From NCBI GenBank assembly GCA_963836185.1, contig CAWIIQ010000001.1, positions 640,001 through 704,000 on the forward strand: a stretch of DNA of 64,000 nt, in the 5' to 3' direction. The DNA is from Candidatus Krumholzibacteriia bacterium (lineage in GTDB: Bacteria > Krumholzibacteriota > Krumholzibacteriia > Krumholzibacteriales > Krumholzibacteriaceae). Every line of letters begins with the position of its first letter. Within the stretch, counting starts at the first letter, position 1. Below, one piece after another: positions 1 through 9,139 of the stretch. The notes under the pieces are model-generated. The model ran no database searches. It was not told the DNA's origin and worked only from the letters and a program-made list of their open reading frames with translations. The translations under genes were made by a program, and so were the position numbers.

Positions 1-1
1 C

Positions 2-253
2 GCGAGATTCTTCGCCCCTGCCGTGGGCGTGTTCGAGGACCCCGCGACAGGTTCGGCGGCCGGTGCGCTGGGTGGTTACCTGGCAAGGATCCTGAAGTTC
101 CCTCCCGAGTTGAAGCTCAATATCGAGCAGGGAAAAGAGATGGGGAGGCCGTCACTGCTGCACGCTCACGTGAAGTGCGACCGCGGTCTCGTCCAGGGCG
201 TGGCAGTTTCGGGCAAGGTTGTATGTGTCGGAGAAGGCACAATTACGATATGA
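2..253 (+). CDS. PhzF/PhzC-family isomerase, C-terminal part (truncated by window start)
   Basis: Frame open from the window edge: ARFFAPAVGVFEDPATGSAAG...IEQGKEMGRPS, canonical PhzF C-terminal motifs. Confidence 0.85.
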   Translation, partial: ARFFAPAVGVFEDPATGSAAGALGGYLARILKFPPELKLNIEQGKEMGRPSLLHAHVKCDRGLVQGVAVSGKVVCVGEGTITI

Positions 254-266
254 TCCGGAAATCGTT

Positions 267-294
267 TTGAAATATAAGGTGCTTGTGATATAAT
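267..294 (+). promoter_or_regulatory. sigma70-type promoter with no downstream same-strand CDS
   Basis: TTGAAA (267-272), 16-nt spacer, TATAAT (289-294). Confidence 0.45.
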
Positions 295-425
295 ACGCCG
301 GGTACTGCATATTTACTTGTTGTACTGATTGAAAATTTACCGGAAAAGGTTTCTGAGGAGGTGGCCCGCGTGACCCTTTCGACGGATCTCTTTTCCGGTT
401 TTTTTAATGAAAAGGACTTTATAAG

Positions 426-455
426 CCATGGGGCGGGATAAATCCCGCCCCATGG
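426..455. terminator. hairpin between convergent genes, likely terminator
   Basis: Perfect 13-bp stem CCATGGGGCGGGA/TCCCGCCCCATGG, 4-nt loop, 26 nt past the S9 peptidase stop. Confidence 0.65.
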
Positions 456-481
456 AGTAAGTGAACAACTTCCGCTCGTGC

Positions 482-2521
482 TTATTTCATTAAGTAATCC
501 TCAAACCACTCATGAAGTGACGCCCACCAGAATTCCGCGTTCTGAGGCTTCCCGATGAAGTGGTACTCGTCGGGGAAGAAGAGGAGCTTCGACGGCACAC
601 CCTGCCTCTGAAGGGCGGTGAAGAACTCCAACCCCTGCGTGTAAGGCACCCTGTAATCGTGCTCTCCGTGGACGACGAGGCACGGGGTCGTAAACTCGGC
701 CGCGAACCTGTGAGGCGAGAACTTCTCGTACATATCGAGGTTGGTCCACGGCGTTCCCTCGTATTCCCACTCGGGGAACCACAGTTCTTCGGTCGCGCCG
801 TACATCGATTCGAGGTTGTAGACTCCGGCGTGCGATACGAGGCAGTCGAACCTGTCGGTATGTCCCTCGATCCAGTTGATCATGTAACCTCCGTACGAGG
901 CTCCAGCTGCGCCGATCCTCTCTGCGTCGATATAATCGAAGTTCTCGAGGATGTAGTCGAGGCCCTTCATGATGTCCTCGTAAGGCGCTCCGCCCCAGTC
1001 GCCGCTGATAGCGTCGGTGAACGCCTGGCCGTAACCGGTACTCCCGGTGAAGTTGACCGTCGATACGACGTATCCGGGCGAGGCGAACATCTGGACGTTC
1101 CAGCGGTAGTGGAAGTTGTCGCTGAACGCTCCCTGCGGGCCGCCGTGTATGAGCAGGATCATCGGGTACTTCTTTCCCTCCTCGTAGAAGGGGGGCTTCG
1201 TGACCAGCCCGTGGACCTGCCGCCCCTCGGCTCCCGTAAACCAGAACTCCTCGACCGGATTCATCTCGAGTTCGGAGACGAGCTTGTCGTTGATCCCGGT
1301 TAGCTTTTTAACGTTCTTGCCCGAAGTCGACGCTCTGTATAGCTCGGTCGGCTCGTTGACCCTCTGGCGCGGGAAGACGAGTGTATTCCCGTCGGGGGTC
1401 ACGCGAAGGTTATTGTCGTACGCGCCGGTGATAATGAGTTTCGCGGCGCCGCCTTTGACCGAGACCTTTCCTATCGAATAGCGCCCCTTGTCCTGGGTGG
1501 CGAAATAGAGGTCGCGGCTGTTCGGCGCCCAGTCGAAGTTTCCGATGCTGTAGTCGAACTCGTCGGTCAGTGTCGTTTTCTTTCCTGACCTGCGGTCGTA
1601 AAGAGTGACCGTCTGCCTGTCGGCCTCGAATCCAGCCCTCTCCATCGAGCGCCAGGCTATGTACCTGCCGTCGGGCGAATAGCGCGGATTGTTGTCGTTG
1701 GCCGGATTGTCGGAGGTAAGGCATTTCGCCTCTCCGCCCTCAACGGGGACGATCCATATGTCGTTATTAGTCGAGATCGCCACCATCGGGTCGGGATTGA
1801 GCGTGTAGCAGATCTCCTTTCCGTCGGGCGAGAAGTCGTAGTCCCGGTATCCGCCGAGTGAGATCGGTGGAACGTCAGTCCGGCCCTTGTTGATCTCAAC
1901 GAGGTTCTTCCCATCGGTGTCGACGATGAAGAGATGGTCCCAGCGCCCTTCCCGCCAGTAGTTCCAGTGCCTGAACAGCAGGTGGTCTATCATGCGCGCA
2001 TTGACCTTGCTGTTTTCGTCCTCCTCGAGCTTCTTTTCGTTGCAGTCCATGTCCTCGCATTCGGGGTAGACGCTCGATGTGAAAGCGAACCTTTTGCCGT
2101 CTGGTGACCAGAGAGGCGATGAGACACCGGTCGGGATGTCGGTGATCTTCTTCGCCTCGCCGCCGTCTACCGGGATCACCCAGATCTGGGGCGAACCGCC
2201 GCGCGACGATACGAAAGCGAGCTTCTTTCCGTCCGGCGACCAGCAGGGTGACCGGTCGGACGACTCGCTTCGCACGAAGCGGTACGGATCGCCGCCTTTG
2301 ACAGGGACGAGGTAGATGTCGGTGTTCGAGGAGTTCGCTTCCTTGTCGAACCAGGTGACGGTAAAGGCTATGTTTTTTCCGTCGGGCGATACCTCGAAGC
2401 TTCCGATGCGCCCCATGGCGATCAGGTCGTCGAAGGTGATCGCTCGTTTCTCCGCTGTCGCGGAAATGGCTCCCGCGAGGAGGACGACGGCGATTATCAG
2501 GATCGATCCAGCGCGCTTCAT
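482..2521 (-). CDS. secreted S9 prolyl oligopeptidase-family peptidase (PD40 propeller + alpha/beta hydrolase)
   Basis: Signal peptide MKRAGSILIIAVVLLAGA; WSPDG repeats; IHGGP; GASYGG nucleophile; HGEHDYRV; DEYH. Confidence 0.93.
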   Translation of the reverse strand: MKRAGSILIIAVVLLAGAISATAEKRAITFDDLIAMGRIGSFEVSPDGKNIAFTVTWFDKEANSSNTDIYLVPVKGGDPYRFVRSESSDRSPCWSPDGKKLAFVSSRGGSPQIWVIPVDGGEAKKITDIPTGVSSPLWSPDGKRFAFTSSVYPECEDMDCNEKKLEEDENSKVNARMIDHLLFRHWNYWREGRWDHLFIVDTDGKNLVEINKGRTDVPPISLGGYRDYDFSPDGKEICYTLNPDPMVAISTNNDIWIVPVEGGEAKCLTSDNPANDNNPRYSPDGRYIAWRSMERAGFEADRQTVTLYDRRSGKKTTLTDEFDYSIGNFDWAPNSRDLYFATQDKGRYSIGKVSVKGGAAKLIITGAYDNNLRVTPDGNTLVFPRQRVNEPTELYRASTSGKNVKKLTGINDKLVSELEMNPVEEFWFTGAEGRQVHGLVTKPPFYEEGKKYPMILLIHGGPQGAFSDNFHYRWNVQMFASPGYVVSTVNFTGSTGYGQAFTDAISGDWGGAPYEDIMKGLDYILENFDYIDAERIGAAGASYGGYMINWIEGHTDRFDCLVSHAGVYNLESMYGATEELWFPEWEYEGTPWTNLDMYEKFSPHRFAAEFTTPCLVVHGEHDYRVPYTQGLEFFTALQRQGVPSKLLFFPDEYHFIGKPQNAEFWWASLHEWFEDYLMK

Positions 2522-2698
2522 TCCGGCTCCTTCCGGTTGGATACAGGATATCTGCTTCCCGGCGATTCTAGAAGATGCGGGCCTTCTGAGGCAACCCTTT
2601 TGGCTTTTCCCTTGAATCGGCCCGGTATTGTGAATAGTCTGAACGCATCTCATGCGGATATATGTATATTTGACTTCTGAAATCTCCCGGAGGAGACA

Positions 2699-3625
2699 AT
2701 GACTGAGATGATTGCTGTAAAAGAGATAAGTAAGAGCTTCGGCGATGTCCGGGCGGTTAGGGGAATCAGCTTCTCTGTGGAGAAGGGGGAGATATTCGGG
2801 TTCCTCGGCCCGAACGGAGCGGGAAAGACGACCACGATCTCGATGCTCTCCGGACTGCTCAAGCCCGATTCGGGATCGATCACGATAGACGGTATGGACA
2901 TGAACTCAAGCGGGAGGGAGATCAGGCGCATCATGGGGATCATTCCCCAGGAGATAGCCCTCTACGAGGAACTCTCGGGGAGGGACAACCTCCTCTTCTG
3001 GGGAGGTCTTTACGGACTTTCCGGGGGAGAGCTGAAGGACCGCGTCGATCACGCGCTCGAGCTCGTCGACCTGACCGACCGCGCGAAAGACGCGGTGAGG
3101 ACCTACTCGGGCGGCATGAAGCGGAGGGTCAACCTCTGCGCCGGGCTCGTCCATGATCCGAAGATCATCCTGCTCGACGAGCCGACTCTGGGTATAGACC
3201 CTCAGGCACGCATCAGGATTCTCGACGTCGTCAAGGGTCTCGCCTCCGAGGGCAAGACGGTAATATATACGACCCACTACCTCGAGGAGGCGGAGCAGCT
3301 CTGCGATCGTATCGCGATCATAGACGAGGGGACGGTGCACGCCTCGGGGACACTGGCCGAACTGGTCGAACTGGTAGGGGGGAAGATCATGGTCTCGGTC
3401 ACAGGGGATTTCAGCGCCGGCGAGGCGAAGCAGGTACTCGGCGACTCGGAATTCGACCATATCTCCGATGGAGAGCTGCGCGTGAAACTGCTCGACCGTG
3501 ATGAAACAGGCAGGCTGCTCGGCGGCTTTTTTTCCGCCGGTATGCATATCGACGGTGTGGCGATAAGAGAACCGAGCCTCGAAAGCGTTTTCCTCCAGGT
3601 CACGGGAAGGGAGCTGAGGGACTAG
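2699..3625 (+). CDS. ABC-2 type exporter ATP-binding subunit
   Basis: Walker A GPNGAGKT, signature YSGGMKRR, Walker B LLDEPT, THY. Confidence 0.95.
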   Translation: MTEMIAVKEISKSFGDVRAVRGISFSVEKGEIFGFLGPNGAGKTTTISMLSGLLKPDSGSITIDGMDMNSSGREIRRIMGIIPQEIALYEELSGRDNLLFWGGLYGLSGGELKDRVDHALELVDLTDRAKDAVRTYSGGMKRRVNLCAGLVHDPKIILLDEPTLGIDPQARIRILDVVKGLASEGKTVIYTTHYLEEAEQLCDRIAIIDEGTVHASGTLAELVELVGGKIMVSVTGDFSAGEAKQVLGDSEFDHISDGELRVKLLDRDETGRLLGGFFSAGMHIDGVAIREPSLESVFLQVTGRELRD

Positions 3626-3626
3626 G

Positions 3627-4901
3627 ATGAAAGCGATACTCGGCATCCTCGCGAACGATATCAGGCGCCGATTGAAGAATCCCCTGTCGGTGATCCTGAT
3701 GCTGCTGATACCTGTTTCCATGACACTTATCATAGGAATGGTCTTCGGCCCTGAAGGTGATGTAGACATGCCGAAGATCAAGGTCCTTCTCGTCGATAAC
3801 GACGGTGGCTTCTTCGGCGGGTTCCTCAGGCAGGGGATGCAGCAGGGAGAGCTCGGCGATATGCTCGATATCACGGAGGTCACCGCTGCCGAAGGTGAGA
3901 AGATGATGGCCGGAGGGGACGCATCGGCGCTGATAGAGATCCCCGAAGGCTTCACATCGAATGTCCTCGACGGCCTTCCCGCCGAGATAAGGCTCGTGAA
4001 GAATCCATCGGAGGCGTTTCTCCCGATCGTAGTGGCGGAGATAACGAAGACGATGGCGGTACTTCTCGACGGAGGGACGAGGATATTCAACGCGCCCCTG
4101 TCCAAGATGCGGACGGTCGTCGACCAGGAGAGCTGGCCCGCCGCCTCGGACATGGAAGAGGTGATGGACGGGGCGAAAAACGGAGTCATACTCGCCTACG
4201 GATATATCGCGGACTCGCTTATCACATTCACCGACGAGGTCGCGGCGCTTCCTGATTCCGTCTCTGCCGCCGACGATCCGGTCGTCAGTGATTTCAATAT
4301 TTTCGCCTATGTCATGCCGGGCAGCATGATGATCGGCCTCCTGTTCATCGTAGAGCTCGTCCTTCGCGATCTGCTTCGCGAGAGGAAGGCGGGGACGCTG
4401 AAAAGGATGCTGGCCGCTCCGGTCACGACGGGACAGGCGGTCGCCGGAAAGGTCGGGGCCGCGTTCGCGATAACCCTGATATCGTGTCTCATACTTCTCG
4501 CGGTGAGCGGCCTGGGCTTCGGGGTCGACCTCGGGGATCCGTCCGCCCTTTTTCTCCATACGATCGCTACGATACTGATGTGCACCGGCGTCATGACCTT
4601 TCTCTACGGGGCGATCAGCAACGAGAGGGCGGCCGACGCTGTGATGTCCGTCGTCATCATCGTGATGGCACTGTTCGGCGGAAGTATGGTCCCGATCGAG
4701 CAGATGCCCTCGTCTCTTCAGGCGGCGGGCAGGTTTTCGCCGGTCTACTGGGCCGCGCAGGGTATGAAAGAGATATTCGTACTCGGGGCGGGTGTCTCCG
4801 ATATCGGCATCCATCTCCTCGTACTTTCGCTCATGGGAGTGTGCACGATTATCCCGGGCATACTGCTCATACGCGCCAGGCTCGCGAAAGGGGGGTGGTG
4901 A
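3627..4901 (+). CDS. ABC-2 type exporter permease
   Basis: N-terminal TM, large soluble loop, multiple C-terminal TMs, ERKAGTLKRMLAAP motif; follows ATPase. Confidence 0.9.
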   Translation: MKAILGILANDIRRRLKNPLSVILMLLIPVSMTLIIGMVFGPEGDVDMPKIKVLLVDNDGGFFGGFLRQGMQQGELGDMLDITEVTAAEGEKMMAGGDASALIEIPEGFTSNVLDGLPAEIRLVKNPSEAFLPIVVAEITKTMAVLLDGGTRIFNAPLSKMRTVVDQESWPAASDMEEVMDGAKNGVILAYGYIADSLITFTDEVAALPDSVSAADDPVVSDFNIFAYVMPGSMMIGLLFIVELVLRDLLRERKAGTLKRMLAAPVTTGQAVAGKVGAAFAITLISCLILLAVSGLGFGVDLGDPSALFLHTIATILMCTGVMTFLYGAISNERAADAVMSVVIIVMALFGGSMVPIEQMPSSLQAAGRFSPVYWAAQGMKEIFVLGAGVSDIGIHLLVLSLMGVCTIIPGILLIRARLAKGGW

Positions 4902-4903
4902 GG

Positions 4904-6142
4904 ATGAGGACCGGAAGGACGCACGCTATATGGAAGATTGCTTCGTGCGATTTCAGGCTGACGATGAGAGAGAAGAGCGCCGTGCTCTGGATATTCCTCA
5001 TGCCGCTCGCCTTCATGACCTTCTTCGGCCTCTCATTCGGCGGCGGATCGGGAGGAACACCGACGGCGACCCTGACCGTCGAGAACAACGACGACGGATA
5101 CCTCTCGGGCGATCTCATTTCGCTTCTCGCCGGGGAGAACTATTACATCCAGATGAGCGATACCCTGTCCGAAGGAAGGAATCGCGTGCGGACGCTGGTC
5201 ATCCCCGAAGGATTTACAGATAGCGTGCTCGGCCGTAAGCGGGTCGAACTTGCCCTGTTACGAGACAGGGGCTCGAACAGGAACGCCGGCGAAGCCGCAT
5301 CGGCTGCCGTGATAAGGAGCATCGCGAAACTCGTGAGCGGGCTCGTCGAGATCGAGAACGGCCTGATAAACGAAGGTTCCGGTTCGATCGATGTCCGCGG
5401 CGACTCGCTGTACGGATCCCTTCTCCTCGTAACGAAGGAGCAGGACGGGATGGAGGGTGTCATCGAGGCCCGGATCGATACGCTTCTCATGCGTCCGGCG
5501 AATATCACGGTCAGATCGGAGGTCGCCGGCAGAGGAGAGGATATCCCGCGAGGGTTCCAGTCGTCGGTCCCGGGCAGCCTCGTCATGTTTGTCCTGATGT
5601 CGATGCTCTTCAGCGGCTCGGTGATAACCGCCGAGAGGAAGGACGGGGTACTCAGGCGTATCGGGATGTCACCTGCCGGCAAGGGCGATGTCGTGGCCGG
5701 AAAACTGCTCGGGCGGATCCTGATCGCCGCGGCCCAGATCGTATTCCTTCTGGCCGTCGGCAGGTTTGTCTTCGGGGTCTCTCTCGGGGCCAGCCCGGTC
5801 GGGCTCTTTTTCCTGATGCTCACCTTCGCTTTCGCGATGGGATCGCTGTCGATACTTTTCGGCGCGCTCTTCACCGATCCCGACCAGGTCACGACGATCG
5901 GTGTGATCACGGCGATGGCGATGTCGGCTCTCGGGGGATGCTGGTGGCCGATCGAGGTTGTATCGGCGCCGATGAAGGTGGTCGCCTATTGCCTGCCGAC
6001 CGGATGGACGATAAGCGGGATCCACAGGCTGATATCGTTCGGCCTGGGAATGCCGGCCGTACTTCCTCATATAGCGATGCTTTTCCTGTTCGGAGCGGTA
6101 TTCCTGGTGATAGGAGCGAAGCGTCTCAAGTGGGATGTGTGA
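4904..6142 (+). CDS. ABC-2 type exporter permease (second)
   Basis: ATG at 4904 just after previous stop; ERKDGVLRRIGMSP and LGGCWWPIE motifs. Confidence 0.9.
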   Translation: MRTGRTHAIWKIASCDFRLTMREKSAVLWIFLMPLAFMTFFGLSFGGGSGGTPTATLTVENNDDGYLSGDLISLLAGENYYIQMSDTLSEGRNRVRTLVIPEGFTDSVLGRKRVELALLRDRGSNRNAGEAASAAVIRSIAKLVSGLVEIENGLINEGSGSIDVRGDSLYGSLLLVTKEQDGMEGVIEARIDTLLMRPANITVRSEVAGRGEDIPRGFQSSVPGSLVMFVLMSMLFSGSVITAERKDGVLRRIGMSPAGKGDVVAGKLLGRILIAAAQIVFLLAVGRFVFGVSLGASPVGLFFLMLTFAFAMGSLSILFGALFTDPDQVTTIGVITAMAMSALGGCWWPIEVVSAPMKVVAYCLPTGWTISGIHRLISFGLGMPAVLPHIAMLFLFGAVFLVIGAKRLKWDV

Positions 6143-6153
6143 CGGCCGGTCCG

Positions 6154-7926
6154 TCAGTGGATGGCGTAGTGCAGGATCGTGCCGTTGGAGCCGGCGGCGT
6201 AGACGTTCAGCGCCGATATCCCCGTGATGGCCCGAAGATGTGCCGATACTCCCGAGTCAAGCTTCTCCCAATCCCTGCCGTCGTAGTAGAGGATCTCTCC
6301 GAATTCCCCGCTCGCGAAGACATCGTCGGGGCCGGCGCCCCAGACGGAGTAGAGTTTTCTCGATGTTCCGCTGTACATAGGCGACCATTCGGACCCGTTG
6401 AAGTGGATGATCGTTCCGAGCGATCCTACGGCGAAGATGTCCGTCGGGCCGCTCCCCCAGATCCCGAAGAGTGCGTGCGAGGTGGTCGTCGTCATCGTGT
6501 CCCACTCGGCGCCGTCGTAATGGAAGGCCGATCCGAGCCCGCCCACGGCGAAGATCTCTCCGGCCCCCGGCCCCCACACGTCATGAAGCCATTCATCGGT
6601 CGGCCGGGGCAGTTCATCCCAGGACGATCCATCGAAGTGCGCGACGAGTCCGAACGACCCGACGCCGTATATGTCGCTGCTTGAAGATCCCCAGAGAGAG
6701 TTGATCTCCCAGCCGAGGGGAAGCTGCGTAGATGACCAGCCTATGCCGTCGAATTCTATCAGGAGACCTATCTGGCCGGCCGAGATCACTTCTCCACCGG
6801 GGAGTCCTTCGATAGTATAGAGCTCCTGGGTCCCGCCGTACGACATCGCGTTCCACCTGCCGCCGGTCTTGCGAAGGATAGAGCCCGAGCTCCCCACGGC
6901 GAAGATCCCGTTCGATTCATCGCTCCAGGCGCCGAACAGGTGCTGCGAAAATGGATTGCTCACGGGCAGCCACTGTGTGTCTTCGAACTCGAGTAATTCG
7001 CCGCCGAATCCCACAGCTATTCCGGTGGAGCCATCGCCGGTGATGTCGAGCGCGTGAAGCTTGTGTGTGTCGGGCTGGACCCGCGGGTAAGGCCTCCACG
7101 ATCCTCCTTCGTAATAGAGGACCGTGCCGTGGTCGCCGACCGAGAAGATCCGGTCAGCCGATGTGCCGTCGATAGCGAGAAGGTGCTCGTCGGTGCCGCT
7201 GTCCACGGCCTCCCATATCATCCCGTTGAATCTCATCATGTCGCCGTAAAGTCCGACAGCGAATATCTCACCTTCCGGAATTCCCCAGATCCCCCTGAAG
7301 TACCGTCCTCCTCCGCCCGGCATCTCAATCCAGCCGCCGCCGTCGTATTTCATTATCAGGCCCGAGTTGCCGACTATGATCAGGTCCTGCGGCGATGTTC
7401 CCCAGATCCCGTAGATGTCGTCTTCGAAGACGGTCGGCATCAACGACCATGACATACCGTCGTAGCGGATCACGGTCCCGCCGTCACCGGCGGCGAAGAT
7501 CACGCCACCCGGGAACCCGAAGATACAGTTGAGGTCCGCGGTCGTCACCGAATCGGCCCTGTTCCACGAGATACCGTCGTAATTGACGATCACTCCGCTG
7601 TTGCCGACTGCCCAGATCTCGCTTCCCGATATCCCGTATATCGCATTGAGGGAGGCAGTGACGGGGCTTTCCATCGATATCCAGCCGGAACTTTCCTTGT
7701 GCATGATCATGCCGCCGTCGCCGACGGCTATGGCGCCGCCTGCCCCGGGGTCATAGACTCCCCTCAGCGTCCGTATCGTCGCTTCGATCCGCCACCAGGC
7801 TTCGGGGCCGGTGTCGATCTGCGGTCCGGACGGATCGTCTCCGCCGCAGGACGAGAAGGCGAGCGCTGCGACTGCTGCGATTATGATGCCTGATGTGCGT
7901 TTCACGTTGTATTTACGGCGTTCCAT
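6154..7926 (-). CDS. lipoprotein with tandem ~38-aa WG/AVG repeats (BNR/Ycf48-like beta-propeller)
   Basis: Lipobox-like FSSC; about 14 repeats of L-x-x-(I/V)WG...(F/Y)AVG..G.I..(Y/F)DG..W. Confidence 0.8.
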   Translation of the reverse strand: MERRKYNVKRTSGIIIAAVAALAFSSCGGDDPSGPQIDTGPEAWWRIEATIRTLRGVYDPGAGGAIAVGDGGMIMHKESSGWISMESPVTASLNAIYGISGSEIWAVGNSGVIVNYDGISWNRADSVTTADLNCIFGFPGGVIFAAGDGGTVIRYDGMSWSLMPTVFEDDIYGIWGTSPQDLIIVGNSGLIMKYDGGGWIEMPGGGGRYFRGIWGIPEGEIFAVGLYGDMMRFNGMIWEAVDSGTDEHLLAIDGTSADRIFSVGDHGTVLYYEGGSWRPYPRVQPDTHKLHALDITGDGSTGIAVGFGGELLEFEDTQWLPVSNPFSQHLFGAWSDESNGIFAVGSSGSILRKTGGRWNAMSYGGTQELYTIEGLPGGEVISAGQIGLLIEFDGIGWSSTQLPLGWEINSLWGSSSSDIYGVGSFGLVAHFDGSSWDELPRPTDEWLHDVWGPGAGEIFAVGGLGSAFHYDGAEWDTMTTTTSHALFGIWGSGPTDIFAVGSLGTIIHFNGSEWSPMYSGTSRKLYSVWGAGPDDVFASGEFGEILYYDGRDWEKLDSGVSAHLRAITGISALNVYAAGSNGTILHYAIH

Positions 7927-8062
7927 AGCCAGTATCTCCTCGGGCGGGGGCCGTAGTGGGGCCTTCGGGGCTTACCCTTGAAATCTAATGCTTTTTTTTG
8001 CCGATAGACAGCAGATTTGTTCTGAGGACCGGGCCAGTGAGGGATCGGCCGAAGTCAGCGGA

Positions 8063-8998
8063 TCAACCGCTGTCTCTTTCCCGTGCGGTATAGAATGTCT
8101 CGCCGTCGTGGTCGTCTGCCCTGACCGATCCTTTCTCGATCATCATCCCGAGGAGCTTGATCACACCCTGGATAGGTACCCCGAGGGCGTGGTGGATGTC
8201 TTCGGCGGTGCAGGGCCGCCTCTCGATCATCGACAGGATGCGGTCGGCCGAGGCGAATTCCTCGTGGCTCGCCCTCGTTCCGACAGATGCGACTATCTCG
8301 CAGCCGGGGCCGAAAAGGGCGCAGATGCTCTCGAGCCTTCCCCTGGAGAGCGCGGATATCCCGCTCTCCGTTCCGGGCCTGACGGCTGTGTTGAGCTGGA
8401 TCGAGTCGACCCTGTGCTTTCTGATGAAAGCGGCGAGCGCATCGAGGTCCTCGTCCCCGGTATTGTACCCGTCGAGAAAGAGGATCTCGAAGAGGACCTT
8501 CCCGCCGTATCCGTCCAGAAAGGCGCCGAGCCCTTCGATCATGCGGTTGAGCGTGATATCGTGGTGAGGCCTGTTCATCCTCGAGAACGGTCCGGGGAGA
8601 GCCGAATCGAGAGAGGGAAGAACGATGTCGGCTCGGCCGAGCTCGTCGCGAACCTCCGGCATGAAGAGAAGCGAGGAGTTCGTGATGACGGCCACCGGTA
8701 TGCCGGACATCTTTTTTATGGTCTCTGTCAGCTCCCCGAGCCGACTGTAGAGGGTGGGCTCTCCCGCGCCGGAAAGAGTTATGACATCGGGAGGAGTCGT
8801 TATCTCCGCGAGCGAGTCGCGCAGCTCCTCGAGGATCTCCTCGAGGGGGAAGAACTCTCTTCGTTCGCATGTGAGGTCGGTCGTCGCGCCGCATTCGCAG
8901 TAGATGCAGTCGAAGGTGCATGTCTTGTAGGGCACGACGTCGACGCCGAGAGACCGGCCGAGCCTTCGCGACGGTACGGGGCCGAATATTCTGCTCAT
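8063..8998 (-). CDS. radical SAM protein (uncharacterised Fe-S oxidoreductase)
   Basis: FGPVPSRRLGRSLG start, CTFDCIYC (CxxxCxxC), SGAGEPTL. Confidence 0.92.
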   Translation of the reverse strand: MSRIFGPVPSRRLGRSLGVDVVPYKTCTFDCIYCECGATTDLTCERREFFPLEEILEELRDSLAEITTPPDVITLSGAGEPTLYSRLGELTETIKKMSGIPVAVITNSSLLFMPEVRDELGRADIVLPSLDSALPGPFSRMNRPHHDITLNRMIEGLGAFLDGYGGKVLFEILFLDGYNTGDEDLDALAAFIRKHRVDSIQLNTAVRPGTESGISALSRGRLESICALFGPGCEIVASVGTRASHEEFASADRILSMIERRPCTAEDIHHALGVPIQGVIKLLGMMIEKGSVRADDHDGETFYTARERDSG

Positions 8999-9139
8999 AA
9001 GTTTCCCCCTTCTATTCTGAATCTATTACAAGGTCTCTCTTTCCGCTACCCCAAATGCTTGCGCAAATGCGTCATATTGTTCATTATGTCTGCGTAACGC
9101 CGATAATCATTATGACCATCATGATAGTGGAGGTTCGCG

